From contig OZ024745.1 in assembly GCA_964016885.1 (NCBI GenBank), positions 122,078,001-122,142,000 of the forward strand: a stretch of 64,000 bases of DNA. The letters are read 5' to 3'. The notes beneath the pieces were generated by a model. It saw only the letters and a program-made list of their open reading frames with translations, was not told the origin of the DNA and made no database searches. Every line of letters begins with the position of its first letter. Position 1 is the stretch's first letter. The position numbers and the translations under genes were made by a program. The DNA comes from Eledone cirrhosa (lineage: Eukaryota). This document shows, piece after piece, positions 37,936-52,200 of the stretch.

Positions 37936-38601
37936 TACATACTTGTATATTTGTGTGGTTAAACATAACAACAGTGCTTCCAACCATAGAAACCATATCA
38001 TATAGTAAAGACAACTCTTAGGTCAGGCCAACCTCTATAATGCTGGTGCTTATGATAAAATACACCCAGTACACTCTGTAAAGTGGTTGGTTTTAGGAAG
38101 GACATACAACTGTAGAAATCATACCAACAGAATGTATTCAATGAGGTATAGTCCACTGAACCATCTTGGAGAACAGTAGCATCATTTAAGTACTGGCTTG
38201 GTGTATAACAGCCTGTCCAAACCTCACTAGTATGGAAGAATAGCTCAAAATGATATTGATCATGAATAGTGCATCAGTTCCAAATAACAGGTGAAATCAT
38301 AGATACATTTCTTACCTAAAGACATTATTTCATAATGAAATTTTATATTTAATACTGAAATATTACACTTTCATCTCAGCCAACAAGCTGAGACAAATAA
38401 TTCATAAATGTAATAGTGAATACCACTCACTTAAAATGATGGATCAAAATGATATATAAGCACAAAAACTTTTCTGCTGTCAAAAATACCTTTTTTTGTC
38501 TTTTACTGGTTTGTTGAATGACTGACACTACTTGCAAACAGGAGTCTCGTTGATTAATAGTCAAGAAATATAGCTATCAAAGACATTGTTGAGCCTGTAT
38601 T

Positions 38602-39004
38602 GGTGGTTTGGCAGTATCGGGAAAGCATCAGACACCATGCTTCGCAGCATAGAGTTATGGTCCTTGCATTCTGAGTTCAAATCCCGCCGGGGTTAACTTT
38701 ACCTTTCATCCTTGTGGGGTCGGTAAAATAAAGTACCAGTTATGCACTGGGATAATTGCTGGCTTTGTGCCAAAAGTAGAAACAATTATTAAATATGTCC
38801 AGTCTTTAACCCTTTAGCATTTAAACCAGTTGTATCCAGCCAGAATTCTCTCACCTCTTTCTGTTCAAACTGGCTGTAACTGGCCACTCCTACTGATGTT
38901 AAGGTATTGTTCTCAAAATAAATATCAAAATCTTATAGATTAGATATTATGTGAGAGAATTATGTGAGGTAAAGACTTTACCATGAAAATATAATAGTAT
39001 AATA
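38602..39004 (+). mobile_element. SINE family A followed by a truncated piggyBac-type MITE
   Basis: SINE 38602-38790; TTAA-ccctttagcatt begins at 38806. Confidence 0.8.
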
Positions 39005-39324
39005 GCTGAACACTTTTGTTCTTTCAATACAATACTGACAGAAATGAATATCTTTTAAATAACAAACAATGAATATTCAATAATTTCTCTTATGCAAATC
39101 AGGTTTCAGTTCATGTGGCCTCAGATTTTTGGGCATTTTACTTGTGGGTACATTTGAAAATATTTTAACCCTTTAGCATTTACATTACTCTATATATACT
39201 TCCAGATACGGCCAGTTTAAATGCTAAAGTGTTAATCCATATTTCTTAGTGGTATTCAATTCCATAACATTCTATTTATATTATTCTTTTTAACTATTTT
39301 AAAAATTTTATCTTGACATTCAAT

Positions 39325-40254
39325 AATGATTTTTACTTTAGGCACAAGGCCAACAATTTGTGGGGAGGGGAAAGTCAATTATATTAACCCAGAACGTAAT
39401 TGGTATTTTATTTTATCAACTTTGGAATGATGAAAGACAAAGTTGACTGTAGCTGAATTTGAACTCAGAATGTAAGGACTTGCAACAAATGCCACAAAGC
39501 AGTTTGTCTGATGTTCTGACAATTCTATCAGTCCATCACCCTTCTTGATATTTAAATAATTGTTTCTACTTTAGGCACAATGCCAGCAATTACCCAGTGC
39601 ATTACTGGTACTTTATTTTATCGACCCCGTAAGGATGAAAGGCAAAGTCAACCTCGGCGGGAAATAATGAAAGTATTTATTGAACAGAAGTATTTTGATA
39701 TGAAACTATTGATATTTTTGATTTTATCTTGGATAACTTTTCATAGATCAGGTTGATGACAGTAAATTGATGGAGCCTATGTTTTTTTGTAGTGCCAAAC
39801 AGCTTAATAATAGTTATAAAACTTTAATTAAAAATGATCATACTATATTTACAAAATATTGAAAGATTTACATGTCGTGGACTGGCAGTATCGGTAGAGG
39901 GTCGGACGCCATCCTTTGACGCATAGAGTTACGGCCCTTGCCATTCTGAGTTCAAATCCCGCCGAAGTTAACTTTGCCTTTCATCCTTACGGGGTCGATA
40001 AAATAAAGTACCAGTAATGCACTGGGTAATTGCTGACCTTGTGCCAAACGTAGAAACAATTATTATTATGGCAGTATCGGTAGATTATCAGACACCATAC
40101 TTTGCAGCATAGAGTTATGGCCCTTTACGTTCTGGGTTCAAATCTAGCCGAGGTTAACATTGCCTTTCATCCTTCTGGGGTCGATAAAATAAAGCACTAG
40201 TAATGCACTGGGGGTAATTGCTGGCCTTTTGCTAAAAGTAGAGATTATTATTAT
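39325..40254. mobile_element. cluster of four family-A SINEs (-,-,+,+)
   Basis: 39325-39540(-), 39557-39662(-), 39878-40066(+), 40069-40254(+). Confidence 0.85.
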
Positions 40255-42958
40255 TCCAGAAATTCTTTCATCACAATATTCATAGTAAAACTGCGAGTCC
40301 AAAGAAACAAAACTAGTCCAAACCATTCTCGTTTTCATTCTTTCTCACTTTTTCTTACTTGCCAGTCAGGAAAGTGTAATAAATACCTTATTCATTAACT
40401 CCCTTTAATTTCACCTTTACTCTCTCCCCCTCTCTATTTGTCGTTTGATAATCTTTTATGCACACACTATCCCCTTAGTGTGACAGCAAACAAAAACACT
40501 AAAGTTATTATTATATGGGATAGTATACTCATTGTGCATTTGATCATGAATGTCTATGCTATAAAAAATTGATAATTTATTATGTTATAATGGTGTGACA
40601 CACCTGTTTTGTATATCTGTATGAAAGTAGGGTAACACCCAGGATATTCACCCGGTGTAATTCTAAACTACCAACAAGATACTACGAGATTCTGTACACA
40701 CAGTTCCTGTGACAGTTCACTTCAGTTTTTATTTATAGACTTTTCGTCTAGTCTACTTTAATTACATGGGAGTATTCAGAGTTTTGTTCCCCACAATGAA
40801 CTATTGGTAATTTTAATTTAATTTTTTTCTATTGGAACTCCTTTTATGCTCTTCAGGAAAAAAAGATTTTCTTCACTTCAAAACTTTTAAGGTTAACATT
40901 AACCTTTTCGATACCAAACCACCTGAAACCATTCCTGCTTTTATGACACAAAGCTGTTTATTTTAAAGTGTTTATCTTTATTTAAAATCCTTCCATCATA
41001 AATGTAAGGACCTTTGTTGAGCTACACTCCAAACACTGGCTTTATAAGTTAGTTATATTACTAAATCTCTCTAAATTTTTGATTATTTTCAAAGTTATTT
41101 GAAAATCCCAGGCAGTGTCTTCCATTAGAATTATAGTAATGAAAGGGTTTAACATTGTAGTTTTAATGTATTTTAATTTATTATGTTTCCCCTCAGAAAA
41201 GATTTTGTTTATCATCTATGTTTATACAACCTCAAGGGTCGGTCTGCAATTAAATATCAGCTTTCCTTTAGACAGTTAATCATTGAACTGTCCTTTTTCC
41301 TTACCGACTCACCAAATTATGTTGTTATTGTTTCTGTTTGTGAACTAGGAATAGAAAAGTCATTACAGCATCCTGCTGTTTGTTTGTTACACTTACAACA
41401 AAACTAGCCAATTGAAGCTATTTATCCACTCACTATTATATAAATTAAAAGCACGCCATTATTTAATACGTTGTCCAGAATCTTTATAAACAGAGTCCAG
41501 TCTATTGTGTAAATATTTTATAATACTTACAGGTTTATTATATTAAAGCTTCAAAATCTTTATATTAATTGTATAGAAATGCTAGTAATAATAATTCGTC
41601 TGTTGCCTTCATTTATTACAGTTGGCTACTTTTATAGGTATGATTATATACAACTGTGTATGTACGCATGTTTTTCTTGCGTATGTAGGAGAGAGAGAGA
41701 AAGAGATAACTGTTTTTGAGAAATTACAATTTATATTGTATGATGGAAAAACAACTTTTGTACAATTCACTTATAATGATGAATAGTTTCTTTTTGGTTT
41801 TCTTATTTTGCTTATTTGAAATGATGAACTACTATAGAAGACATAAGATAGTGTGTACTGAGACTAAGCAAGAAATTCTAAAATATAAGATACATAATGC
41901 CATGATGGTGCCCCAGCTTGGCCACAGCTGGGTGGTTGAATCCAGTAAACAGACATATTTATTCTCACTTTCATAATTAGACGCCACTGTCTGTTTCTCA
42001 TGCATTTCCACAACTTTCAGAATACTGGTTTCAGTCGGACTCTCAGTTCCTCATCATAATGTTTACTATTCATCATCATCATCATCATCATCTAACATCC
42101 ATCTTCCTTGCTTGCAATGGCCTTCACCAAGAGAGTCAGTACTTAAGTAGAACCACCAACTTCTCAGATGAGAAAGAACCTGCATCTCACATACGTTCCC
42201 ATGCTTTATTGAGTGCATTTTATCATGGCATCAGAACTAGGGATGTTATGATGTCTTTGAGACAGCTGAAGAGTCCTCTCAACTCTTTGTTTGGCAGGTT
42301 TTCTATAACTGGATGCCCTTTCTACCACCGTCAACTTTACAAAATGCACTACTTGTGTTTGTCATATTGATCATTAATAATAAACAAGCTGTCATGTTTT
42401 TAGCACGACTGGAGAGTTTTCAACTTGTCAATAAATAATAAATTATGTGACTCTTTTGGTTGATTTCCTGGTCTCCTGTGTGAGTTGTGTATACATTTGA
42501 GAAGTTTATTTATTGTCAGTTTTTGTCTGTCTTGATAATATATGAATAATTAGTTCATGGCTTCCCTTGACATCTCTCATAGAATTAATCAATAGAATTA
42601 ATCAATTAGCAGATATAGACTACGCAGAAGAACCTCAGAGCCCTTTGTTGGCTGGTAGTCAACATCACCATAAAAGTCACTGGAATTCTCCTCACTGTTA
42701 TCAAGTGTAGGGTGGTGGATTAGCAGAATTGGTAGAGTGTCGGACAAAATGATTTGTACCATAAAGAACCTTTATGCCTTTCATCCTTATGGGGTCGAGT
42801 AATGCACTGGGGTTGATTTAGTATACAATTTTTTTAAATAAAATTAAGGCGCAATTAGAGCTGCGAAACAAAATTTTTTTCGGCTTCGGCCCATATAATA
42901 TATATATATATAATGGGGATGATGATGATGATATACATAGTTACATATGTATATGTAA

Positions 42959-43575
42959 TCTCCTTATAATATATAACCAGCAATTTCTGTCTGTCTGTCC
43001 GACAGTGGAAACACGTGCGCGCGTGCGAATGTTTTTTGCGCACGCGTAGAGAGAGAGTGAAAGAAAGAGAAGACTACGAGAGGGGGATAGCGGGAGGGAG
43101 AGAGGGGGGGGGGAATTGAGGAGTGCTACAGAAACATATATACATTTCTGTGTGTGTGTAATATATATATAGACGCACAGAAATATATATATATACACAC
43201 AGAAATATATATACATTTCTGTGTGTGTAATATATATATATATACACACAGAAATATATATACATTTCTGTGTGTGTAATATATATATATATACTAGCAG
43301 AAAACCACCCGGTGGGTGGTTTTCTGCTAGTCTATATATATAAAAACAAAAATGTCTGTCTGTCTGTATGCAGTTAAGGCATTTCCACAGTTTCCATCCG
43401 ATTTTGTTCAAATTTGATACATAGGTTATTTAGCTCCTGGAGCATGTCAACATATAAATTAAATAGCAGATTTCTGGGGCTTTTTAAAGAAGGTCATGTT
43501 GAGGAGAGAGAGAGAGGGGGGTCTTTATTTACAGTGGTGAAAGGTGTACCCGGCAGCGACGGGGTCTTTTGCTAG
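42959..43575 (+). mobile_element. two tandem non-autonomous Helitron-like elements
   Basis: A|TC...CTAG (42959-43330) then TC...CTAG|T (43331-43575). Both have (ctgt)n near the 5' end and a subterminal hairpin; no TSD. Confidence 0.7.
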
Positions 43576-44225
43576 TTTTAAAATAAATTTTTGTGTGTAC
43601 CTTGGACTTTAGCACAGTTTCCATCTACCAAATTTCACTGACCATTCATGCGATTATAGTAGAAGACACTTGCTGAAGGTGCTGTGATGTGCAATTGAAC
43701 TTGAAACCACATGGTTGTAAAGCAAACGTCTTAATCACACAACTAAATATTCTAGATGTTAGGTATATAAGTTATGTGTTGTGGTATCTAGATTTGTAAA
43801 ATCAGATTATAGAACATTACATAGAACACATGTATAGATTAATAGATTCTGTACATAGAAAGATATTTAATCTTACTGTAGTTCTCAAAATTCTGAATTA
43901 AAGATAAAGAAAACCCATTTTCAGCAACTCTAATTTAGATTACTGTCAGCATCTTCACTTCTAATGTAATTGAGCTTACAAACTCATTTGTCTAGATATG
44001 CAAACAGCAACTAGAGCTGTTTCATATTTCTTTAAGTTTAATCCAGTGATAAATATATCAATTAAAAAGATATTTAATCACATTGTAAAAGAAAATTTCA
44101 TTATCTATCTATCTCTATATATACACCTACAGAAGGGGGGGGGGGGGGGAAAGAGGGTACATCATCTTCTTCATCTTCTTCTTTTTCTTTTTCTTCTTTT
44201 TCTTCTTTTTCGTTTTCTTCTTCTT

Positions 44226-45103
44226 TGTCAGAAAAGAAACAAGACTGGGGCCACAAAAAAAAAATATTTCAAATCCAAAGTTTTTCCCTTCAAAAAAACC
44301 ACCTCGTGTCTAACAGATTTTCCCATCCTTCTCCGCTATGCCTCCATGTACTCATGGAAGGATTGTCCTGGGTTTTTTTCCACAGCTCTGTTGTCACAGC
44401 CCTCTTGATGACTCCCATGTCTGGAAAACAGGTCCCCTTGATGATCCTCTTGAGTTTGAGGAAAAGGAAAAAAATCACAGGGAGCCAGGTTAGGGGAATA
44501 GGGAGATTGTTCCAGCATGGCGATGTTCTTCTCGACCAGGAACTGCCAGATGCTTAGCACCATCTTCATGTAGGTCTCCATGCCCAAATCGTTGGTGATA
44601 ATCTTCCAAACATTGTCGCAGTTCATGTCCAGCTCACTTGTGATCTCTCAAACAGTCAGCCAATGATCTCCATACACCACCTGCCTCACTCGCTCAACTT
44701 TGGCCTCAGTCATGAAGGCCTTCCGCTCCTTGGGGCATCTTCTACATTCTTGTGACTCGCTTTGAACATTTTGTGCCACTCGAAAACCCGTGAGCATGAC
44801 ATCATCTCATCTCCATACACTTGCTGCTGTATTTCGAGTTCTTTTGATGGAGTTTTCCCCAGCAGGACCAGAAACTTCAAGTTGGTTCATTGCTTTGTGC
44901 TGCCTATCACTTGAGAGCCTAAAGTTGAGGAGCTCTTAACAAAAGCACATTAAAAGAACATATACAATGGCTGCAGAGAGCTGAGATTGCAGTTATATAC
45001 TCTCCAGATATTTCATCACATGGTGACGCAACCTGCTAATCCCTAGTCCACTCATGGCTCACACAGCACACTAAGTCCTGTCACTTTTCTGACACACTTC
45101 GTA
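44226..45103 (-). mobile_element. mariner-family element, defective
   Basis: QSPYSPNLAPCDFF motif; TIR-like tacgaagtgtgtcagaaaag (minus strand) versus tgtcagaaaag at 44226. Confidence 0.8.
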
Positions 45104-46141
45104 CATTTGCTTTTCAATGCTGGAATGAATTGGATTGGTTGTAAAAGACCAAATTGCTACTTCATTAGAGCTACTGTCCTCATAGATGAACTAGGGGTGT
45201 GGAGGGCAATGCCATGTCATGATAACATATGTTCCAGTTTTGGCATGGTTTCTACAGTTGGTTGTCTTTCCGCTTTACAGAGTACACTGGGTGTATTTCT
45301 ATCTATCAAATTCACTCACAGAGCATTGGTCAGCCTAGGGCTATAGCAGAAGACACTTGCTCAAAGCACTATTCAGTGGGATGAAAACCCAAACCACCTG
45401 GTAGCAAAGCAAACTTCTTAACCACAGCTATGGTTGTGCCTATTCAGCACTTTTCATTAATTCTCTATGTATCATTACCATCATATTGTTTTAAATCATT
45501 TCATTACCATATTTTCAATGAAAGACATTGCCTATAATTTTCAAATCATTTTGAAAATAATCAAGGATTTGGAGGGATTAGTAATATAACTATCTCATGA
45601 TTAAGTTGGTGTTTGAAACTTAATTTAACAAAGGTCTTTACAAAAAATTATTATGGAAGGTTTTGAGATAAATATGGTATGGTATGGACCCATAACACCT
45701 GATTGAGTAGTAGTGGTGTTGTAGTGACAGACAATGTTCCTTGAGCATTTAAAGCTTGGCAGAGCCCATCACCCATCCCTCTCTAGGTCTGAATACAACA
45801 GATTTCTTCCAGAGAAGAAGAGAAAGGAAGTGAGGAAGAGATATAGAGGAAGAATCACCCTTAGTACTAGACTGATACTTTTTTTTTATCAACCTTGAAA
45901 GGATGAAAGACAAAGTTGGCCTTGGCAATATTTGAACTGAGAGAGCCAGAATGAATACCTCAAAGCATTCTATCCAACATTCTAAAGACTCTGCCAGTTG
46001 GTCACCAAAGATAAATTCTAAGCACTTCAAAACCAACAACATTGTATTATATGACCAGTGGGGGCTTCAGGTGGTTTACTATCAAGAGTTAACATCCTAT
46101 TAATTAGAAAGATATTTAAACTGAACCTATTTCCAGCTATT

Positions 46142-46291
<150 letters not shown>

Positions 46292-46743
46292 GTTAGTTAG
46301 TTGTTTTTTTCTAATACCTTTGAGAATAGATTTAATATTTAATTAAAATATTCTGTTTTTGTGGATCCTTTGTTTGCAGATAGAAGTTTTGATAATCCTG
46401 AATCATTTTCACATTTAATGACGTTTTCATTAATAATTTATTTTCCCTTTTTTCAATAAAAACATGTTCGTTATGTTAACATTTAATCCTTTTAATATAA
46501 ACCTCCCAAAACCGTCCCTGGCTCTCTCATTTTAAATTATTTATCTAAAAACCTCAATGTTATCTAACATTATAATGTTGGCAGTATCGGTAGGGAAGGG
46601 GGGAGGGTCAAAAGAATAATTCTTGATTATTTTCAAAATCTTTTTAAATCAGGCAGTGTATTTCCTGAGAAATATAATAACAAAAGGGTTAAACATATGA
46701 ATGTGTGTGAATAGTTATAAATAAACATGTATGTGTATGTATG

Positions 46744-46786
<43 letters not shown>

Positions 46787-46951
46787 AAAAGACTCTTTTC
46801 TCTATTACCCACTCTACTACCCTAAGTATCAAGTACTCTGGTGCATTATTGTCCATGTATATATATATATATGTGTGTGTGTATATATATATATATGTGT
46901 GTGTGTATATATATATATATATATGTGTGTGTGTATATATATATATATATA

Positions 46952-46982
<31 letters not shown>

Positions 46983-47277
46983 GTATATATGTTTATATGT
47001 GTGTATGTATATGTGTGTGTGTACATGTGTGTTTATCTACTTTTATATTTATTCTGTTTCCTTTCCTTCTTCCTTTTCCAGCCTCACTTTCATATAGATT
47101 ATATTTTTGTTTTTAAAATCCACTATCAATAAATACACCAGGATTTTTTCATTCTGATGACTGAAAGCAAATTTTGTTTGCTTTCAAGAAACCACTGGTA
47201 AATGAAATAATTATCTTGTGTTGTTTATTACATAACTATATATATATATATATATAAATATTTGTTTGTTTTTTTAG

Positions 47278-49428
47278 GTAATGAAGATAAAGATTTACTA
47301 ACAACTTTTGAAATGAAGTGTGAAGATTCCGTTAAACATATTCCAAACTTGAATGAGAATGAAGAAGAGAAGGAAAAGGCAGACAGCCTTAAAAGTACAC
47401 CAGAGGAGGAGAAAACTAGTGCTAATATATTATCAATGGAAGATGAGGCAGTTGGTAATATCAATGACCATTCCATTAATATGGAAACTACTAAGAACAA
47501 TTCAGCTTTGGATGTATGTAAAGAAAATGCAGCCACTGCAGGTAATGAAGTAGGTGAGAAAATACCAGAGCTCTATATAGAAGATGATCATGATATTCTT
47601 AGAAAAGAACTTGGTAGTACTACTGTAGTAGACAAAACAAAAACCAGTGAAGAGATCTCTTCATTGAATAGCCATTCTGAGAGCATTATTTGTGCTGATG
47701 AAGTGAATGAAAATCTAGAGCTGACAGCTGTTGTGCCTAACCAAGCAGGTGTTGTTGATCTGTTTCTTGAAGATGATGTCAGTAGTGAGGCTTCTGATGA
47801 AATTATTGATTTCTCAACTCTGCAGACTTCAGTAGCTGATGTGAATACAGCTAGAACCACAGATGCAACTGCTATATCTACTGTGACAACAAACACTTGT
47901 AGTAACGATGGCAATGTATCTCCAACACAAACCACCATTGATACTGGAACTCCTGATAGTGTGAGTATAACTTCTGTTGCTGAACATGCACAACTAAACA
48001 TTTCAGCATCTAATGATTCTTCTCTAATGCATGAGACTCCTGCAACTTCTGAATTAACAGATTCAACAGATGTTGCCACCTTAAACACTTGCTCATCCCC
48101 TCTCAGCTTAACTGAGCCTAACATAGTGCCTAGGTCCTCACCAAATGAAGCTGAGCCTTCTACCAAAATGCTCAATTCTGCTAGTATTAAGAATGGAAGT
48201 TCAACTGTGATTTCTGAGTCTCCTGCCTTTGAGTTTGAAAGCAATGTAATCGAATTTGATTCTCCTGACAGTGAGTCTATGATCTCCTCCACAATGCCTG
48301 AATCTTCTACTAGTATGTCTGTGACTTCTACCTCAGTGCCTGACTCTTTAACTAGTGAGGGTGTGACCGCTACCACAGCACCTGACACTTCAACTAGTGA
48401 GAGTATGACATCAACTGCAATGCCTGCATCTTCTACCAGTGAGTCTATAACATCTGACTCTATTACTACTGATTCATTGACTTCTCCAGCAGTGGCTGAC
48501 CCTACTGCTGTTGAATCAGTGACTTCTATACCAACATCTCAGTTGCAGGAATTTGTGCCTGAGATTGATGATACTCCAAATCCTCCAGTTACAATTTCTA
48601 ACACATCCACCACAGAGCCCAATACCACTTCTGCATCCAAAGTTTCTACCACAGTGCCTCATCACTCCTCCACTATTTCTTCTGAAGCAACTCCTGAGTC
48701 CATTGATAGTATCTCAGGAGATTTCTCATCCACGTCTGAAGTTCCTTCCTGTCTTTCAAAAAATGAAATATCTTCATCAGTCAATTCTGCAACAGCAAAT
48801 ACGTCTAACACGGAGCCTAGCTTGGTTACTAATGAATCTAATTGCTCAGTCTGTCAGTCAGCTAACTGCGAATGTCAACACCCAGATACTCCTAAGTTAC
48901 TTCATCAAACAGCAACGGAGTCGGCAGTTCCAGATGAATATGCTGCACATAACAGCGAATCAATATTAGCATCTAAATCTACTGCTGTTGCAGTAACTTC
49001 TGTGGATAACTCTACAGAAAATTCTGAAGCAGCTATCAATTCTCAGCCTTTGTCACCGTTGTTGTCTAAGAACAAAGCACCTTCATCACCTTCACCATCA
49101 CCTCCTCCTGTTGCTTCAACAGCTGCAGCAGCTTTTACTCCTCCTACTCTTCCCATATCAGCCACGCCTCCAGAAGCTCTGCCTGGTGACTGTGATTCTG
49201 CTCACAATACATTTTCGAAAACACTACACGAAGCTGTCAATTCAGACTTACCTTTCCAGGAGTACAGCACTCACAGGATACTGAAAGGTGAAGCTCTGAG
49301 TAATGGCCACACTATCTCATCTCTTCTCAATAACAACTGTGATCTTGGTTCTCTTGGAGTTTTGGACACATTACTTGAAGAGCGAGAAACTAGTGAGGAA
49401 CCAGTGGAAAAATCACCAATGGTTTTAA
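47278..49428 (+). CDS. AKAP13: AKAP13/ARHGEF28-like RhoGEF, giant Ser/Thr/Glu-rich disordered exon F
   Basis: ttttttag| at 47277 and |gtgagt at 49429; 2151 nt (717 codons), phase 1/1. Lies inside the stop-free ORF 47262..49535, which is exceptional in AT-rich DNA. Confidence 0.85.
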
Positions 49429-50096
49429 GTGAGTATTACTTTCAGCTATTCACATCAATTCCAAAACTAAAAACGTGTGTGTGTGTGTGTGTGTATGAGA
49501 TGGATCTATGGGTGGATTGGATGGATGTGTGCTGATGTGTGCTGATGTTGATGGATATGAGTGCACACACACACACACATATATATATACAATGTAAATC
49601 TTTATATATATGTATATACACACACACACACATGCATTGTATTTATAAATATAAATATATATGTTTGTTTATTTATTTATATGCATGTACATGTTCATAT
49701 ATATGTAAATATACACATGTATGTGTGTGTGTATTCATACATAAGTGTTTTATATATATATATATAAAACATTTATGTATGAATACACGTGAAACTAATA
49801 AAACTTTCTGTACTTTTGTTTTCTCCTTGAACTATATATATATATATATACACACATACACACATACATATACACATATGCACACATGTACACAAACACA
49901 TATACATATATAGTGTTCCTATGTTGTTCATGAGAACATGGCTTACAGTTACAAAATAATGCACTCAATATTTCAGAGAGTGTGTCATGTATTTTAATAA
50001 TATACTTGTTTTTTTTTTTTACACAATCTTGTTTCAATCTGTAAGGAATTAATTCCGTAAAACCAATATATGAATAAAGTATGATATATATATATA

Positions 50097-50638
50097 GAAT
50101 AAGGATGGGTTGGAAGAAGTTTAGGGAGCTGCTTACTTTGTTGACAAAGAAGGGTTTCTCCCTGCGTACGAAAGGCCGGTTATATGATGCCTGTGTGAGG
50201 AGCGCGATGCTGCATGGTAGTGAGACATGGGCAGCAAATGCAGAAGATATGCGACGGCTGAAGAGAAATGAAGCAAGTATGATCCGTTGGATGTGCAATG
50301 TCAATGTACGTGGACAACCAAGCATAGACGAGTTGAGAAAGAAACTGGGTATAAGAGGGATAAGTTGTGGTGTGCAGGAGAGAAGGCTGAGATGGTATGG
50401 ACATGTGATGCGCATGGAGGATGACCGCTGAGTAAAGAAGTGCCAAGAAATCCCAGTAGAAGGAAGATGCAGAAGTGATAGACCACGTTAAACATGGGCG
50501 GAGGTGGTGAGAGCAGACCTCAGATCGCTGAAACTCACCGAGGTGATGACGAAGGACCGTGATAAGTGGAGAGATGCTGTGCTGAATAGGACCCGTCCAA
50601 CCCTTGCAAGCAGGGAAAAGTAAACGTAAAATGATGAT
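50097..50638 (+). mobile_element. RTE LINE 3' fragment
   Basis: RMGWKKFRELL...MLHGSETWA...RRLRWYGHVMRM, with a gatgat tail. Confidence 0.9.
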
Positions 50639-50748
50639 ATATATAGTAGAAATAGAAGCTTTCACCGTATTTTATACTAAAGAAATTTTCGCCTGGTAGT
50701 GGGATTTAAAACCCTCTAAAAAATGGAAAAGTATGAGTATTGACATAC

Positions 50749-50790
<42 letters not shown>

Positions 50791-50926
50791 TCATCATCAT
50801 CGTTTAACGTCCATCTTCCACGCTTGCATGGGTTTGGACGGGAGTTTTCCCACTTGAGGCAAGAGTGGTTGTCTTGCTTGCATAGGACTGTCTGGCGGGT
50901 TTTCTACGGCTGGATGCCCTTCCTAA

Positions 50927-50970
<44 letters not shown>

Positions 50971-51601
50971 TTCAAGCAACATTAACATGATGAGCAGAAA
51001 ACTATAATACTCACCACTCAATCTCACTGAAAGCATCTCCTCAAGGCCACATTGAGTTTTAACAATGTTGTTGACCCCATGATAAACAGGTGGAAAATAT
51101 TATATATACATTTGTGTTGTGTGTCTATGTATATACATAGACACACCTCACACCTTGCAGATTAACCATTTATGGTTGTACCACTGTATTGTTGTATCCA
51201 AAGCTAAGCAGCTTCTCTTACAACCATACCAGGTAACGAATATACAGGCTACTACCATTTTCACTACCTCCTCGAAATTCATATACATTCTTATACACCC
51301 CCTTACGTCGGTCATTTCATGTGCGCAAGCTCACTCACGGATCCCCACTCTCACAGTAGCCAGCTCGTCATGGTTCAAGGCTTCTCCTTCAAACATACGA
51401 ACACACCTCCACACACACAAACACCAACACACTCATGCATACCCATATGTCCACCCACTATACATTGATTATCTCCCTTCCTCAACCTCTGTAATGTGGA
51501 AGACCCTACTTGACCAACTGAATATGCACATGTTTTGTCTCCCTCTCCTGATCCTTCCTCTTATCATTTTTTAATTTAATTATCTTCTATTTCTAATTCT
51601 A

Positions 51602-51637
51602 TCTTTTAATGAAGGACTAGTATCCGAAACGTGAAGC
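51602..51637 (+). ncRNA. degenerate hammerhead motif (family 1)
   Basis: tctt TTAATGA a ggac tagt atcc GAAAC GTG aag, inside the same short repeat as 23.7-24.8 kb. Confidence 0.5.
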
Positions 51638-51779
51638 CTCTCTTCCTACTCTTTCAAGCGTTAAACTAATATATTTCTTCCATGTACTGTGCCATTTGTT
51701 TTGTTATTTCTGTTTACCTTTTACATACATTTATTTATTTGCGTTCCTACCGAGGGGCTACACTTTCTATAGCCAGCCT

Positions 51780-52200
51780 TCTCTGGTTGGCCATTAGTGT
51801 AAAAGGGGATTTGTTGTTGCTGCTCTTATTTGTGCTTTGCCTTGTGTTGTGGGTTCATTTGGGACCTGCCTTGTGTTGTAGGTTCATCCGGGACCTTGGT
51901 CAGTAGAATGTTGAGATGTCCCTTGAAAGCATCTACATGCCCACCATGTAGACTTCTCAGATTTTTTGGCAGCTTATTAAAAATCTGGGGTCCCTTGAAC
52001 CCAAGGCTATTGCAGTATGTGGTCCTTATTCTCGATGTGACGGATAGTCCCTCTAGCACTACACAGTGACATCCTTCCAGGATCTTCCATATATATATTT
52101 CTGCGTATCTCTCCCGTCTCTGCTCCAGGGAGTAAAGTTTTAATTTCTTCAGTGTCTCCCAGTAGCTTATCTCTTTCATTGAGGCAATCCTCTTGGTTCT
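51780..52200 (-). mobile_element. CR1-group LINE C-terminal fragment
   Basis: SYWETLKKLKLYSLEQRRERY..IYIWKI...GPQIFNKLP..LR. Confidence 0.75.

Noticed and set aside
47588-48388. 266-aa antisense ORF
   Set aside because: It is a shadow of the sense S/T-rich exon; the same applies to 4863..5495 opposite the RTE ORF.
49195-49385. PKA-RII-binding (AKAP) helix in exon F
   Set aside because: Candidate segments (FSKTLHEAVNS; LGVLDTLLEE) do not fit the paired-hydrophobic AKAP pattern convincingly.
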